DNA of 64,000 bases, from IMG/VR virus record IMGVR_UViG_3300020577_003668, positions 1 to 64,000 of that record; one strand, written 5' to 3'. The translations under genes were made by a program, and so were the position numbers. Positions 11,201 to 20,478 of the stretch are shown in pieces. The notes beneath the pieces were generated by a model. It worked only from the letters and a program-made list of their open reading frames with translations. It had not been told where the DNA came from and searched no databases. Source of the stretch: a virus (taxonomy: Duplodnaviria; Caudoviricetes). Position 1 is the first letter of the stretch, and each line of letters begins with the position of its first letter.

Positions 11201-14200
11201 AACTTCTGGAATTCTGGCAGCACCTTTTCGGCTAACTGATTGAAAGTATTACTAAATTCGGCTTCTAGAGCTCCAGTTACTTCCTCAGGTTTTAAACCTT
11301 CAAAGCTGGTCTTAAATACTACTTCAAAACTATCCATTATAGAAGTAGTAATCTTTGGATCTTTACCTAATGCTTCCGCCGCTGAAGCTACAGTATCTCC
11401 AATACTTTTGAATATACTACCAAAAGCTTCCGCCTGAATAGCCTCAAGTTCTTGGAATTGAGTAGTTATATTTGTCTTATCGCTTCGGAACCATCCACCA
11501 GATACCGTAGTTTTTACGTTCTGATAGATAGCATTTAGCCCCTTTCCGCCTTCCTCTAGGGATTTTACTAAGCCGTTAATACTACCCGAGAAGGTAATAC
11601 CTAGGTCTAGTATCTCTGTTTTAGTCTTTCCTCCCCAGATGCTAGTATTTAGTTTATCTAGGTATTTACCTATTCCGGTATTGCCTAAACCTAGAGCCCC
11701 AAGTAATTGGGAGCCGCTTAAAATGTCTCCGATTTTAGTCATCATGTCGGTTTTGCGGGGACCTATACCAGTAACTACTTCACCATTTACATCTAACCCA
11801 CGAGTATTTAGTCCAGACTGAAGTATCATTGCTGATAAGCCTTCAGTATTTTTCTTAATACTCTTTAGATTGTCTAACATGTAGTTAGAGTATTCCATAG
11901 TGGAGAAGCTATGTTCTTCGATTTTGTCAATAGCGTTATTTAATGAGTTGGCCTTAGCAGTATTATCACCTAGTGCACCGCCTCCGCGATTTACTAGCTG
12001 GCCGTCCTGATACATCTGGCCAGTGCCTTGTACCTTTTGCTGAGATTCGGCTGTGAATCCGTTGGGCATGGATGCTTTGCCACCGCTGTATCCCATACTA
12101 GCCATTAATGCTATAAAGGCAGCGGCACCTGCAAAACCGGCCCAGCCACCTTGCGCAAATAAACTAGATACGCCTGCTGCCATATTTGGAAATATAGTAG
12201 CAACTGTAGAGGCTATAGCTTGTATATTACGTACTAAAGCAGCTGCATGTCCAATCTTTTCTACAGCTTCTAGTGCTTTGTATCCTGCTGTTCTTTCCTT
12301 AAACATTTTCTTGGCGGAGCCTGCTACCTGACCAATAGCTTCAGTAGCATATAGAGCTGTAGCCATTTCTCTAGCCTTAGAATCTTTAGCGTATTGTTTT
12401 TCTATCTTATCAATCTGATTCATCTTAGCAACTTCGCTAAGAGTGGCATCCTTAGTTATCTTATTCTTATCATCATTATATTTTTTCTCGGCCTCGAGCT
12501 TACTAGATACGTGCTCCTCTAATACTGCTGCAACCTTAACCATACTGGTCAATGTATCTCCTAAAGCTTTACCTGATTCTCCAAATAGAGCTACTAAGCT
12601 TTCGGTAATACCTTTAATGCTATTTTGTAGTACTTCCTCTGCAGCCAACAGTGTTAGGTATTTATTCTGAATTTCCAGCTTGGCATTTTGAATAGCTATA
12701 CCGTCAGTCATAAGTTTGTTAGCTTTTTCAATTTCTAGATTAGCTGCTCTTTCGATTTCTGCTTTTTGCGTATCAGTAGCGGCACCAACCAGTCTCTTTT
12801 CTTTTGTTTTATTAATTTCTAATATTTTATCAGTATTTGTATTTTCCAGGGTTGCAATAGCTTTTCTAGTATCTAACTCATTGTTTAGTATGTCTAACTG
12901 TGCCTGTTGCATAGTTATACTATTGGGATCAATGGACCCAATCTTAGATTTAAACTGTAGTGCTTTAGTTTTCTCTAGTATATCTAGTTCTTCTCTCGCT
13001 ATATCCAGCGCAGCACGATCTCTACTGAATGTATTAGCCTTTGCCTCGGAGGAGTACTTATCTTCAATTCTAGCCAATTTTTGTTGAAGTAATAGGCTCT
13101 CTTCTCTGGCACTATTCTCTTTCTGAACTGCCTCAAGAATTTCCTTACGCATTGTTAGATTAGCCTGGGAAGCTGCTAGAGATTCCTTTGTTATGGCCTT
13201 TCCCGCTTTGGTTAGTTCTGCTACAACTTTTTCTTGATCAGTTACATCTTTAGTCGCTGCAGCAATTGCATTTTTACTATCAAGTCTAAGTTTGGATAAC
13301 TCTACTAGTTCTAACTCAGCACGCAAGGTTTCTGATAATTCAGCTCCTTGTGAAGCTACTAGTTTTGCTTTTTCTACTTCTAGTGCCTTTAAATTGGAAG
13401 CGAACTGGTTACGTCGCTGCTCCAGGTCGGCTAGCTCTTTAGCTTGAGTAATTTCATTCTGCTTATCTAAACTAGCTTTCTCTCCAGACAGTTTGGCCCT
13501 CTGTGTAGCATTACCAATAGCCGATTTATAGAAAGGCTCTAATGCAGCCTTTAATTCATCCGGTAGAGTATTGAATATTCTTACTAGATCGGAGGAGTTC
13601 TTGGTAGTAATTAGCTGTAATCCTGCTTGTACGGTGGGCAATGTAGCTCTAGCGGTAGCTTGTTCTACGGGAGTACCTTCTTTCAGCTTTCTAGAAAGTT
13701 CAGCCTCTTGCATCACTAGTGCAGTCCTATTAGTTGCAAAGGTTAGATTTTCCATTGCAGTAATAGATTGAAGTTGTACGTCTATACTTCTTTTTGCTAA
13801 ATCCGTCTGTACCTGCGAGGTACCAACTCCTGACATAGTAGAAGTTGCCGTCTTTAAATAGTTTATATTGGCAATGGCTTGAGCAGTAGTTAAGGCCTTC
13901 TCTGCCCAAACAACTCCTGCGTCCACCATAATCTTAGCAGCTTTTTTATGACTATCAATTAGATCCGCAGCAATAGACCTAGCAACTTCTAGATCGCGCT
14001 GAGCCTGTTTTTCTCTTAGCTTTAATTGTGCGAGTACACCCTTTTCCAAAGCGTTGGCTTGTTCAGTAGCAGAATTACTTTCTGCAAGACCAGAGAAAGG
14101 AGAAGATGCTGTTTTTCGTAACTCCGCTATCTTATCAGTATAATCTTGAATAGCAGAGGAGGTTGCAACAACTACTTGTTGCTGTTGACCAATAGACTTT

Positions 14201-16779
14201 TGGAAGTACTCTAATTGAGGTAGTACTGCTAATAATTCTTTCTGTGCATTAACTGGAAGAAAGCGCAACTTAGAGGCATCAGTACCAATGGATATTAGCG
14301 AAGCCAGCCCACTATTAACATCTTTAAAAGTATCTCTAAGTGCAAATCCTGCGCTAATAGTTTGATTAGCTAGTTTGGATAAAGGATCAGAGTTATTAAG
14401 ACTTACAGTAAATTCATCGAAGGCTTTACTAGCATCGGTCATAGTAGTACCAAATGACTGTACTTTCTGAGCGCTCGCGCTCATGGTATTACTAGCAGTT
14501 TTTAACTTACCTATTAAACTTTCTACCTTTGGTAAAATACTGTCTATATCTCCGGAAGCGTTAAGAGCTGCTTTTAGCGAATCTTTACTAATAGTACCCA
14601 TTCCAGTAAATAAACTGCGTATATTTCTCTCAGCTTCCGCTTTAAGAGTGGGGTCATCTATGACTCTAAGACCTGCCATTACAGCATTACTAATAGTATC
14701 TACGTACGTACTTTGCAAATCTTTATCGGCTGCCTTCTTGATCCAGTTAATACTAGCATCCCACCAGTTATCTCCTGCTTCCTGGGCCTCTTTTAACTTT
14801 CTAGATAAGGGGGCTAAAGAATCGGTTAGTTCAGAGAACGCGGTAGCCCTGGCTTGAATACCCTGCACTGATATACCAAAGTCGCTTCTAGCACTTAGGT
14901 TATTTAAGGTGCTAGTTACAGTAGTAGCTGCAGTATTAACAGTTTCCATAGCATTGGATAGAGCTTCTAACTGCTTAGTATTCTTAGACAGCCAAGTATC
15001 TAGTAGTTGGAAAGCGCCTACTGCAATACCTACGGCCATTCCAACATTACCAAGAGACCCTAGGATACCCATAACTCGGGCCGATACTGCGGCGATTCCG
15101 CCTTTAGCTACTGTACTCCACTTATCCCAGCCTTTTAGTCCGTTATCTGTGATTTCTTTATTTAAGGCCGCCATGCTATTTCTAACGCCGATAATAGTGG
15201 CATTAGTTGCCGCGGTGGCCACAAGATTACCTTTAGTAGCAGACTTTTCTAGTCTCTCTAGCCTTCTCTGGGCTATCATTTCGGTGTCAGTTCTTCTCAG
15301 AGGCTTATCTGCCTGGTCTTGTAGCGATGCGCGAGCGGAGGCTAAAACCTTCTCCTGCAGTAGCTCCTCCTGCTTTAACAATACACCCTTCTTCCTTAGA
15401 ACTAATAGTTTTTCTAATGATGCAGTTTCTTGCTCTAGTCGTGCTTTTGTTTCTGCTTTTAGAGTGCCACTTGTTACTCTTTCAGCCTCTAGCTGTGCCT
15501 GTCTTTTTTCTAGGGCTCTGGTAACGTTATTTATGGTTTTTGTGGAGGTATCCCCCGCCGCTAAAGCATTAGCTGAAGCTAATTTAGGCGGTACAGTGAT
15601 AGCATTAATTTTCGCCTGATTCTTGGCTACTTCAAGAGCCGCAGCATCTAACTTCTTCTTGATATCAGGAATGCTAAATCTTGCTTCCATACGCTGCTGG
15701 AATTCGTCGTTGAAAGATTCCCTGAATGCTTTAGCTGTTTTTCTTGCTTCATCCGCAGAGGCTTTTAGTCCTTCCTTCCACATACCAATAGCAGGAATAG
15801 CTGTCTTTAATAAAATGGCCCCAATATAAGCCATAGCTGTAGCTAGGGCAGTAGGAGAATCTGCCAATACCTTAGCAATAGGACCTAGTACTTTGTTAAC
15901 TAACTCTAATCCTGCAAAGGCTACGTTTTGCAGATTTGCTAGTAATTTAGTATAAGGATTTGCGGGAATATCAATGGCGGAAAATTTCTGTTTTGCTTCA
16001 TCCAGTACAGCATTAGCAAACGCTTGCCTACGCTCAAAATCACTTAATGAGGTAACAGCCTTACCAATGGATCTAGCATAGTCTTGGGTAGATTTATCAA
16101 CCTTAGTAAATAATCCTAATTCGTCTAATAGTTCAGGCTCTAATTTGGAAATGCCACGTGTTAAACGACTAATAGCGTCGGACATATTTACACCTAACGC
16201 CTGAGAAGCTTTCTTCGCTGACTCAGCCATGTCCTCAATCTGCTTATTACTCATACCGGCAGCACTAGCTTTAGCAACTACTTCTAGGGACTCTCTTAGA
16301 GAAATAGCTCCATCAGCAGCTAGGGTAACCTGCTTAGCTAGTAAACTTAGATTCTTTCCTGAAGCAGCACCCAATTGGTCAAGACCCTTGACCATATTAG
16401 TTGTATCCGCAGCACGACTCAGCGCACCAAACGCAGCGGTTGCGGCGAAGATATTAGCGGCAAACGTAGCGTATAGACGAACTAAACCACCTAGACCTTG
16501 CGATTGCTTCGCAAAGTCTCGGCCCGCAGCACCAGTCAATCCCCCGATGCCTCTGGCAGTGCCAGAGTCTTCGGCGGCTTGACCTCCTGCGTCCCTGGCG
16601 GCACGTGCCGCTGCCACAGGAGTAGGCGCACTGGCTTTCTTTACTTTAGCCGTAGTGCGCTCTGCAGCTGTACCTGCTGCATCTAGTGTATTCTTTAATT
16701 CAGTAGCGCTCTTATTAACATTCTTTAGGGAACCGTTGTCGGTTACTAGAATATTATGTTTGCTAGATGTATCTGCCAT
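8260..16779 (-). CDS. Tape measure protein (T5 pb2-like)
   Basis: 2839 aa, Ala/Leu/Lys-rich coiled coil with hydrophobic segments and C-terminal FAKGG...VGEYGRE; follows the tail chaperones. Confidence 0.93.
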   Translation of the reverse strand: MADTSSKHNILVTDNGSLKNVNKSATELKNTLDAAGTAAERTTAKVKKASAPTPVAAARAARDAGGQAAEDSGTARGIGGLTGAAGRDFAKQSQGLGGLVRLYATFAANIFAATAAFGALSRAADTTNMVKGLDQLGAASGKNLSLLAKQVTLAADGAISLRESLEVVAKASAAGMSNKQIEDMAESAKKASQALGVNMSDAISRLTRGISKLEPELLDELGLFTKVDKSTQDYARSIGKAVTSLSDFERRQAFANAVLDEAKQKFSAIDIPANPYTKLLANLQNVAFAGLELVNKVLGPIAKVLADSPTALATAMAYIGAILLKTAIPAIGMWKEGLKASADEARKTAKAFRESFNDEFQQRMEARFSIPDIKKKLDAAALEVAKNQAKINAITVPPKLASANALAAGDTSTKTINNVTRALEKRQAQLEAERVTSGTLKAETKARLEQETASLEKLLVLRKKGVLLKQEELLQEKVLASARASLQDQADKPLRRTDTEMIAQRRLERLEKSATKGNLVATAATNATIIGVRNSMAALNKEITDNGLKGWDKWSTVAKGGIAAVSARVMGILGSLGNVGMAVGIAVGAFQLLDTWLSKNTKQLEALSNAMETVNTAATTVTSTLNNLSARSDFGISVQGIQARATAFSELTDSLAPLSRKLKEAQEAGDNWWDASINWIKKAADKDLQSTYVDTISNAVMAGLRVIDDPTLKAEAERNIRSLFTGMGTISKDSLKAALNASGDIDSILPKVESLIGKLKTASNTMSASAQKVQSFGTTMTDASKAFDEFTVSLNNSDPLSKLANQTISAGFALRDTFKDVNSGLASLISIGTDASKLRFLPVNAQKELLAVLPQLEYFQKSIGQQQQVVVATSSAIQDYTDKIAELRKTASSPFSGLAESNSATEQANALEKGVLAQLKLREKQAQRDLEVARSIAADLIDSHKKAAKIMVDAGVVWAEKALTTAQAIANINYLKTATSTMSGVGTSQVQTDLAKRSIDVQLQSITAMENLTFATNRTALVMQEAELSRKLKEGTPVEQATARATLPTVQAGLQLITTKNSSDLVRIFNTLPDELKAALEPFYKSAIGNATQRAKLSGEKASLDKQNEITQAKELADLEQRRNQFASNLKALEVEKAKLVASQGAELSETLRAELELVELSKLRLDSKNAIAAATKDVTDQEKVVAELTKAGKAITKESLAASQANLTMRKEILEAVQKENSAREESLLLQQKLARIEDKYSSEAKANTFSRDRAALDIAREELDILEKTKALQFKSKIGSIDPNSITMQQAQLDILNNELDTRKAIATLENTNTDKILEINKTKEKRLVGAATDTQKAEIERAANLEIEKANKLMTDGIAIQNAKLEIQNKYLTLLAAEEVLQNSIKGITESLVALFGESGKALGDTLTSMVKVAAVLEEHVSSKLEAEKKYNDDKNKITKDATLSEVAKMNQIDKIEKQYAKDSKAREMATALYATEAIGQVAGSAKKMFKERTAGYKALEAVEKIGHAAALVRNIQAIASTVATIFPNMAAGVSSLFAQGGWAGFAGAAAFIALMASMGYSGGKASMPNGFTAESQQKVQGTGQMYQDGQLVNRGGGALGDNTAKANSLNNAIDKIEEHSFSTMEYSNYMLDNLKSIKKNTEGLSAMILQSGLNTRGLDVNGEVVTGIGPRKTDMMTKIGDILSGSQLLGALGLGNTGIGKYLDKLNTSIWGGKTKTEILDLGITFSGSINGLVKSLEEGGKGLNAIYQNVKTTVSGGWFRSDKTNITTQFQELEAIQAEAFGSIFKSIGDTVASAAEALGKDPKITTSIMDSFEVVFKTSFEGLKPEEVTGALEAEFSNTFNQLAEKVLPEFQKFRKPGEEFGDTIVRLARDVQVSALVLEASGMAISNIAMALGQGESIQEATVRITESLIDLSGGLEKFVSQGQFFNENFLTEAQRLAPVQARVTKELSRLQSVADKSGVSIKIAGLNTREGFANVVRGLDLTQTSNQDLYAGLMNVAEGFAEVYKETRNTSNVLNDLKKANLDLQDQYDKLTMSEFDYIDKVTKSYTDEEKLQYRQNLALEYTIKALKMDIDYRNMEVDLLRAQGKEVEALALSRELEMQNMSRSEKIVQLQINTRKDEIKIAQEATNIKQKYANLEVELLRAQGKESQALALSRERELATIDTANRELQQSVYARENEIKLLQEATNIKQKYANLEVELLRAQGKESEALALSRKIELDTIDPVNRGLQESVYAREDEIRIIQAVTGIKQKYADLEVELLRAQGKESQALALSRERELATIDPANHALQESVYAREDEIAAIEAQKKIRQLEIDGLSALGYSYEALVRSRTMELEGLTEAEVKLKQYIFAVQDKMATDNLQIDLMEAMGDISAATTARRRLELRGMSAVDQQLKIRIWRLQDEKEILDKHNQQQITILELLGKKSEALALSRNLELETMDAQLRPAQQYIWALEDEKALKDELQEAYDKQKDTLKSTVSTLKDASRAIKDYRAELLQSNLSVLNPTQKYAEAKQQALNLAAIATSVATTETQRLEKESAISKLPGATNAWLEASRTLYASSEAYTSDFNTVLSILDQTSAALDAQQTDAEKQLIQLETSNGYLSELKDSSRSVETILKELVIATNKVAEAKVAVPAVTPTASSPFAVATTGASGSLQDASWVGSKGLKTTSKEIAATINSMVNSDPYGLYNKYVSEGFSSQMVDSIMGYAPGTALDWAKTLGLPAFAKGGLASGVAMVGEYGREVVDFQNPGRVYSANNTSMMMGNTQELVSEIRALRAEVAKLREEQREQTGDLIKSNYDANGMTADTVKAANDANANNWKERNQFKLA
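9830..10545 (-). repeat. About four tandem 180-bp (60-aa) repeats inside the tape measure gene
   Basis: LEVELLRAQGKE-type block recurs at 9961, 10141, 10321 and 10501. Confidence 0.85.
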
Positions 16780-16836
16780 ATTTTCTCCATCCCTAGGTCC
16801 CTAGATTTTAGGTACACTATTTCATGATCCCCTAAT

Positions 16837-16864
16837 TATATCAGGTATGCCACCTTATGTCAAG
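16837..16864 (-). promoter_or_regulatory. Sigma70-type promoter for the tape measure gene
   Basis: TTGACA-N17-TATAAT. Confidence 0.75.
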
Positions 16865-16883
16865 GCCCAAAATTTTTTTAGAC

Positions 16884-16920
16884 AAAAAAGAAGCCCCTGC
16901 TCTTTCGAGAGGGGCTTCTT
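16884..16920 (-). terminator. Intrinsic terminator
   Basis: AAGAAGCCCCT...AGGGGCTTCTT hairpin followed by a T run on the minus strand. Confidence 0.7.
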
Positions 16921-16921
16921 A

Positions 16922-17236
16922 CTACTTGTTAGTAGGCTTAGGCTTGTTAGCCGCAATAGCTTCTGACCTGTGTCTGTCAATCAAGCCAATTAGACTAAAT
17001 AAAGTCTTTCTATCTTCCTTAGGTACTTCTAGTATATCTAGTATGTCGCCTATACCGGCGTAACTTTTACCTAAGTAGTTACCATTCATCGTATCCCATT
17101 CATCTTTTAATTTATGATAGATATCCAAGGCTTCTTGAACTTCTACCAGCAAATCGTCGTACTCAACAGGGACTTCTGATTCTATAGGCGCTGAACCTAG
17201 CATCTCGCACATTTCATAATACGCATCTTTGGTCAT
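16922..17236 (-). CDS. Tail assembly chaperone, gpT-like part
   Basis: Between the gpG-like chaperone and the tape measure; frame open upstream to 17314. Confidence 0.7.
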   Translation of the reverse strand: MTKDAYYEMCEMLGSAPIESEVPVEYDDLLVEVQEALDIYHKLKDEWDTMNGNYLGKSYAGIGDILDILEVPKEDRKTLFSLIGLIDRHRSEAIAANKPKPTNK

Positions 17237-17277
17237 GCCTACTTGCGCATTATGATAGAAAGATTTTAGCTGGGCAC

Positions 17278-17700
17278 TTATACCTGAGTACTGTTCTTCG
17301 TAAAAGACGCTAAATCAGATACTGTCTCGCTAATGAATCCGTCGAAGTTAGAAGATGCTTCCATTAGTGCTAAAGCGTTTTCTTCTGAATAAGGAACTTC
17401 CTTATTATAGTCAGCTTCGGTAATGTTAGCAGGAGCTAGTTCATTCAAGTATTTATACTTGAAACCTGACCAGCCTTTGATCGCTGCAGCTACGTATAGC
17501 TTCAGGAATAGCTTGTCATCTAGTTCTTCAATAGGTTGACGGTTCTTAAACGTAGTCTTAGTAGATTTCTTACGAATACTTACTAGAGTTTCGCGAGATA
17601 GAAAGTTAAGATTAATCTTAAAACCTTCGAAGCCTGGAAACTCCACTTCTACATTCTTTGATGGAACTAGAAGGGACTTTAGGGATAGCGTTTCTGACAT
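17278..17700 (-). CDS. Tail assembly chaperone, gpG-like
   Basis: 140 aa directly after the tail tube gene; AIKGWSG motif; T5-like synteny. Confidence 0.75.
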   Translation of the reverse strand: MSETLSLKSLLVPSKNVEVEFPGFEGFKINLNFLSRETLVSIRKKSTKTTFKNRQPIEELDDKLFLKLYVAAAIKGWSGFKYKYLNELAPANITEADYNKEVPYSEENALALMEASSNFDGFISETVSDLASFTKNSTQV

Positions 17701-17776
17701 GGATTATTATCCTTATTTATTCTGTAATGTGGAGGAAAAAGAGCCCGCGGTGATCAAGCCGCGGACCATAAAACTA

Positions 17777-19219
17777 TTAACTAGAGAAGTAACGGATACG
17801 TAGATCGTTAGTATTTTCTAGGTCGAAGCCAGCAGATGAACCGCCTAAGTAATCAGTACCTTGAGCGGTAAAGTTAATAGTGGTGCTCATAACTGCTTGA
17901 GCGTCGATAGTTGGAATCTGTAACATAGCACCGAAGATGAATGTTTCAACACGAATAGCGTTAGCACTTCCACCGATAGCAATATTTAGAGAGTACTTAG
18001 TTTCAGCACTTGTAGCAGCATTCGTAAGCATAGTGCTTAGTAAACCTGCAGTATTAGAACTACCTGTACGTAGGTAAGCATTTACGCTACCAGATACAGA
18101 ACGTGTACCAGTGAAATAGCCAATAGGTAAGTTTACAGTACCTAGATTTGCTGGAACAACATAAGTGATGTTGTTAGCAATGGTAATATTACCGCCAGTT
18201 AGGGCTAGCGTGTAAGCAGAGCCACCTCCGCCGATTTCAGCGTTTAGCGTAATTGTAGATAGCTTGTTGGTAATATAGTTAGCAGCAGTGTTCTTGCCCT
18301 TCAATGTACCCGCTAGATCGCCCGTTAGTACAGGATCAGCAGCAGTAGACCAAGAAACAGCGCGTTCACGAATAGCAGTACCCTTAGCGGTCCAGGAAAC
18401 CATAGCAATACCGTCTAAGTTAAAGTCGATACTTGCCTGGTCCATAGCACAGTTATCAATAGCATAGGTAATACCGTCTACCTTGATAATTAGACCGAAT
18501 TTTTGTAGCTGGTTCTTGTTAGACATGGCAGTTGTAACTTGACCATATGGAACATTACCCACACCAGGTTCTGTATCTGCTGCAACTGCCGCATTATCAA
18601 CCCAAGCTGACTTGTTAAATTTAACACCTACACCAGCAGTTAAAGTCATAGCTGCAGTAGTACCACCTAGTAACTGTACAGTAATAGCGGCAGCGCCTAG
18701 TGTAAGTACTTTTCCTGGTACATTAGCACGGGACGCTGAAGCTCCACCAAGGCCAGAAATAGTAATAATATCTCCAACGGAGATACCAGCGTAAGTCATT
18801 GCCGCTCCGCCAATGGTCAGAATACCTGTACCAGTAGCGTATGTCGCAGTAGAAGGTGTTCCACCAAGAGTTACGGAAGTAGCTAAAGGCTGGTCACCTA
18901 ATAGGGCATTCCATAATACTGACTCTTCGGCGTTAACTGCCGCTACGGGCTTGTGGGGGCGTAGGTAAGTTGAGAAAGTAATTTCTACGTTATTTAAACT
19001 TGTATTGAATGAGCGCTGTCCACGAACAGGAGTGCTACCTGCTTCACTAATTTGTACAGCATCAGCGTTACTTTGTTGAGAAAAGCTAAATCCATCAAGA
19101 ACTTGTAATTCTTGAGTATTAGCTGTAGTAAATGCAGTAGCGGCTAATACACCAGTAGAAGCATCTACGTTTGTAGAGAAGAAAACTCTACTATTACGTA
19201 CCAGATTGAATGTTGCCAT
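17777..19219 (-). CDS. Major tail tube protein (T5 pb6-like)
   Basis: N-terminal LVRNSRVFFST...VLDGFSFSQ resembles T5-like tube proteins; synteny. Confidence 0.85.
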   Translation of the reverse strand: MATFNLVRNSRVFFSTNVDASTGVLAATAFTTANTQELQVLDGFSFSQQSNADAVQISEAGSTPVRGQRSFNTSLNNVEITFSTYLRPHKPVAAVNAEESVLWNALLGDQPLATSVTLGGTPSTATYATGTGILTIGGAAMTYAGISVGDIITISGLGGASASRANVPGKVLTLGAAAITVQLLGGTTAAMTLTAGVGVKFNKSAWVDNAAVAADTEPGVGNVPYGQVTTAMSNKNQLQKFGLIIKVDGITYAIDNCAMDQASIDFNLDGIAMVSWTAKGTAIRERAVSWSTAADPVLTGDLAGTLKGKNTAANYITNKLSTITLNAEIGGGGSAYTLALTGGNITIANNITYVVPANLGTVNLPIGYFTGTRSVSGSVNAYLRTGSSNTAGLLSTMLTNAATSAETKYSLNIAIGGSANAIRVETFIFGAMLQIPTIDAQAVMSTTINFTAQGTDYLGGSSAGFDLENTNDLRIRYFSS

Positions 19220-19317
19220 CCTTTTTCCTTTATTTCTATGTGTTCTAGTACTCTAACTAGATTATTATCTGTATTGGCATTCGAACACTATTTCTCCGTA
19301 CTAAGAGGTACGAAATC

Positions 19318-19770
19318 TCATTTCATTATTTGATAGCGTATAAGGATGTTTATTTCTCCTACTGCGTAGGGAGCTAATAAGCCCTCATCTGTTGTAATTG
19401 ATGTAATTGATATTTCGGAGGTTTCATAGCTATTAGTCGTATCGTATACTACAATACCTAGTGTACCATCTAAAACCTTTTCCACATCCTCTAATAGGTC
19501 TTCTAGTTCTGCTTGAGAATCTTCTCCCTTGCAGTATACTTTAATAGAAGCATTTAGATATCCCCAGGCAAATGCGGCTGGCATATACTCTCTGGATTCC
19601 GATCCTGTAACTACAAAGACCACCGGAAACATATTACATTCATCCCAGAACTTTAAACGGGCAGAAGCCTGACCATATAGGTTAACCTTATATGGCTCGT
19701 TTCCGTCAATAATCTTTAATTTTTCAGCAATTGCTTTTACTATACTTACACGTCTTGACATATTTTCCAC
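19318..19770 (-). CDS. Tail terminator protein
   Basis: ITSITTDEGLLAPYAVGEI motif; directly upstream of the tube gene. Confidence 0.75.
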   Translation of the reverse strand: MENMSRRVSIVKAIAEKLKIIDGNEPYKVNLYGQASARLKFWDECNMFPVVFVVTGSESREYMPAAFAWGYLNASIKVYCKGEDSQAELEDLLEDVEKVLDGTLGIVVYDTTNSYETSEISITSITTDEGLLAPYAVGEINILIRYQIMK

Positions 19771-20477
19771 CCCTTGTGGGACTTTCTATGCCCATTTAAT
19801 ACTTCTGTAAGATGATTACCTGCTAAATTATGTTCTCTTGCAAATTTATAGGCATTTTCTACTATATAAGAATTACCGTATGGGTCGAATAGTAAAGGAT
19901 AGGTAATTCCTTGAGCTTTAGCGGATAGTTTATCAGAAACTATATTACGAGAAGATTTTATTCTAGTACCTAATAATTGCTTTAACTGTCCATACTTAAC
20001 TGGAAACTCTTCGGATAACCAAGTATGTTGTTTTAAATTACTAATTGTAGTGATTGTATCTACGGGTACATTAGTTATATCCGAGATACTCTTATAAGAT
20101 AACTCAGGCTTATCTACTAATAAATTGAATACATTAATTATTTGATCTTGAGAATATTTGTTATTACCATAACCTAGTTCATTAGTATATTCAGGCACCT
20201 GGTTACTATATCTATATACATTAAATCCGTTGTCTACAGAATTAAATATTTCTATAGCCTCATCTTCCCAAGTGTCTAGTTCCTCTATAGGACATTCTAG
20301 TATAATATCTAATTCTGGTTTACCATATAATTTATTAGCTTCTAGTAGCTTAGTATTTGCACTACCATTTTTGATACTACGTAAATGCTCTAGGTATCTT
20401 ACTTCAATACGTACAGATTGTCCAATATACGTCTTATCTGTACCATTAAATATTAATCTATAAATTCCGATTGTCAT
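19746..20477 (-). CDS. GIY-YIG homing endonuclease
   Basis: GIY...YIG motif, conserved R and E, GFN, C-terminal NUMOD-like KSHKGW. Confidence 0.85.
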   Translation of the reverse strand: MTIGIYRLIFNGTDKTYIGQSVRIEVRYLEHLRSIKNGSANTKLLEANKLYGKPELDIILECPIEELDTWEDEAIEIFNSVDNGFNVYRYSNQVPEYTNELGYGNNKYSQDQIINVFNLLVDKPELSYKSISDITNVPVDTITTISNLKQHTWLSEEFPVKYGQLKQLLGTRIKSSRNIVSDKLSAKAQGITYPLLFDPYGNSYIVENAYKFAREHNLAGNHLTEVLNGHRKSHKGWKICQDV

Positions 20478-20478
20478 A

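Noticed and set aside
19746-20477. Group I intron around the GIY-YIG genes
   Set aside because: Flanking genes are intact and abut the ORF with no room for an intron core, so these are free-standing endonucleases
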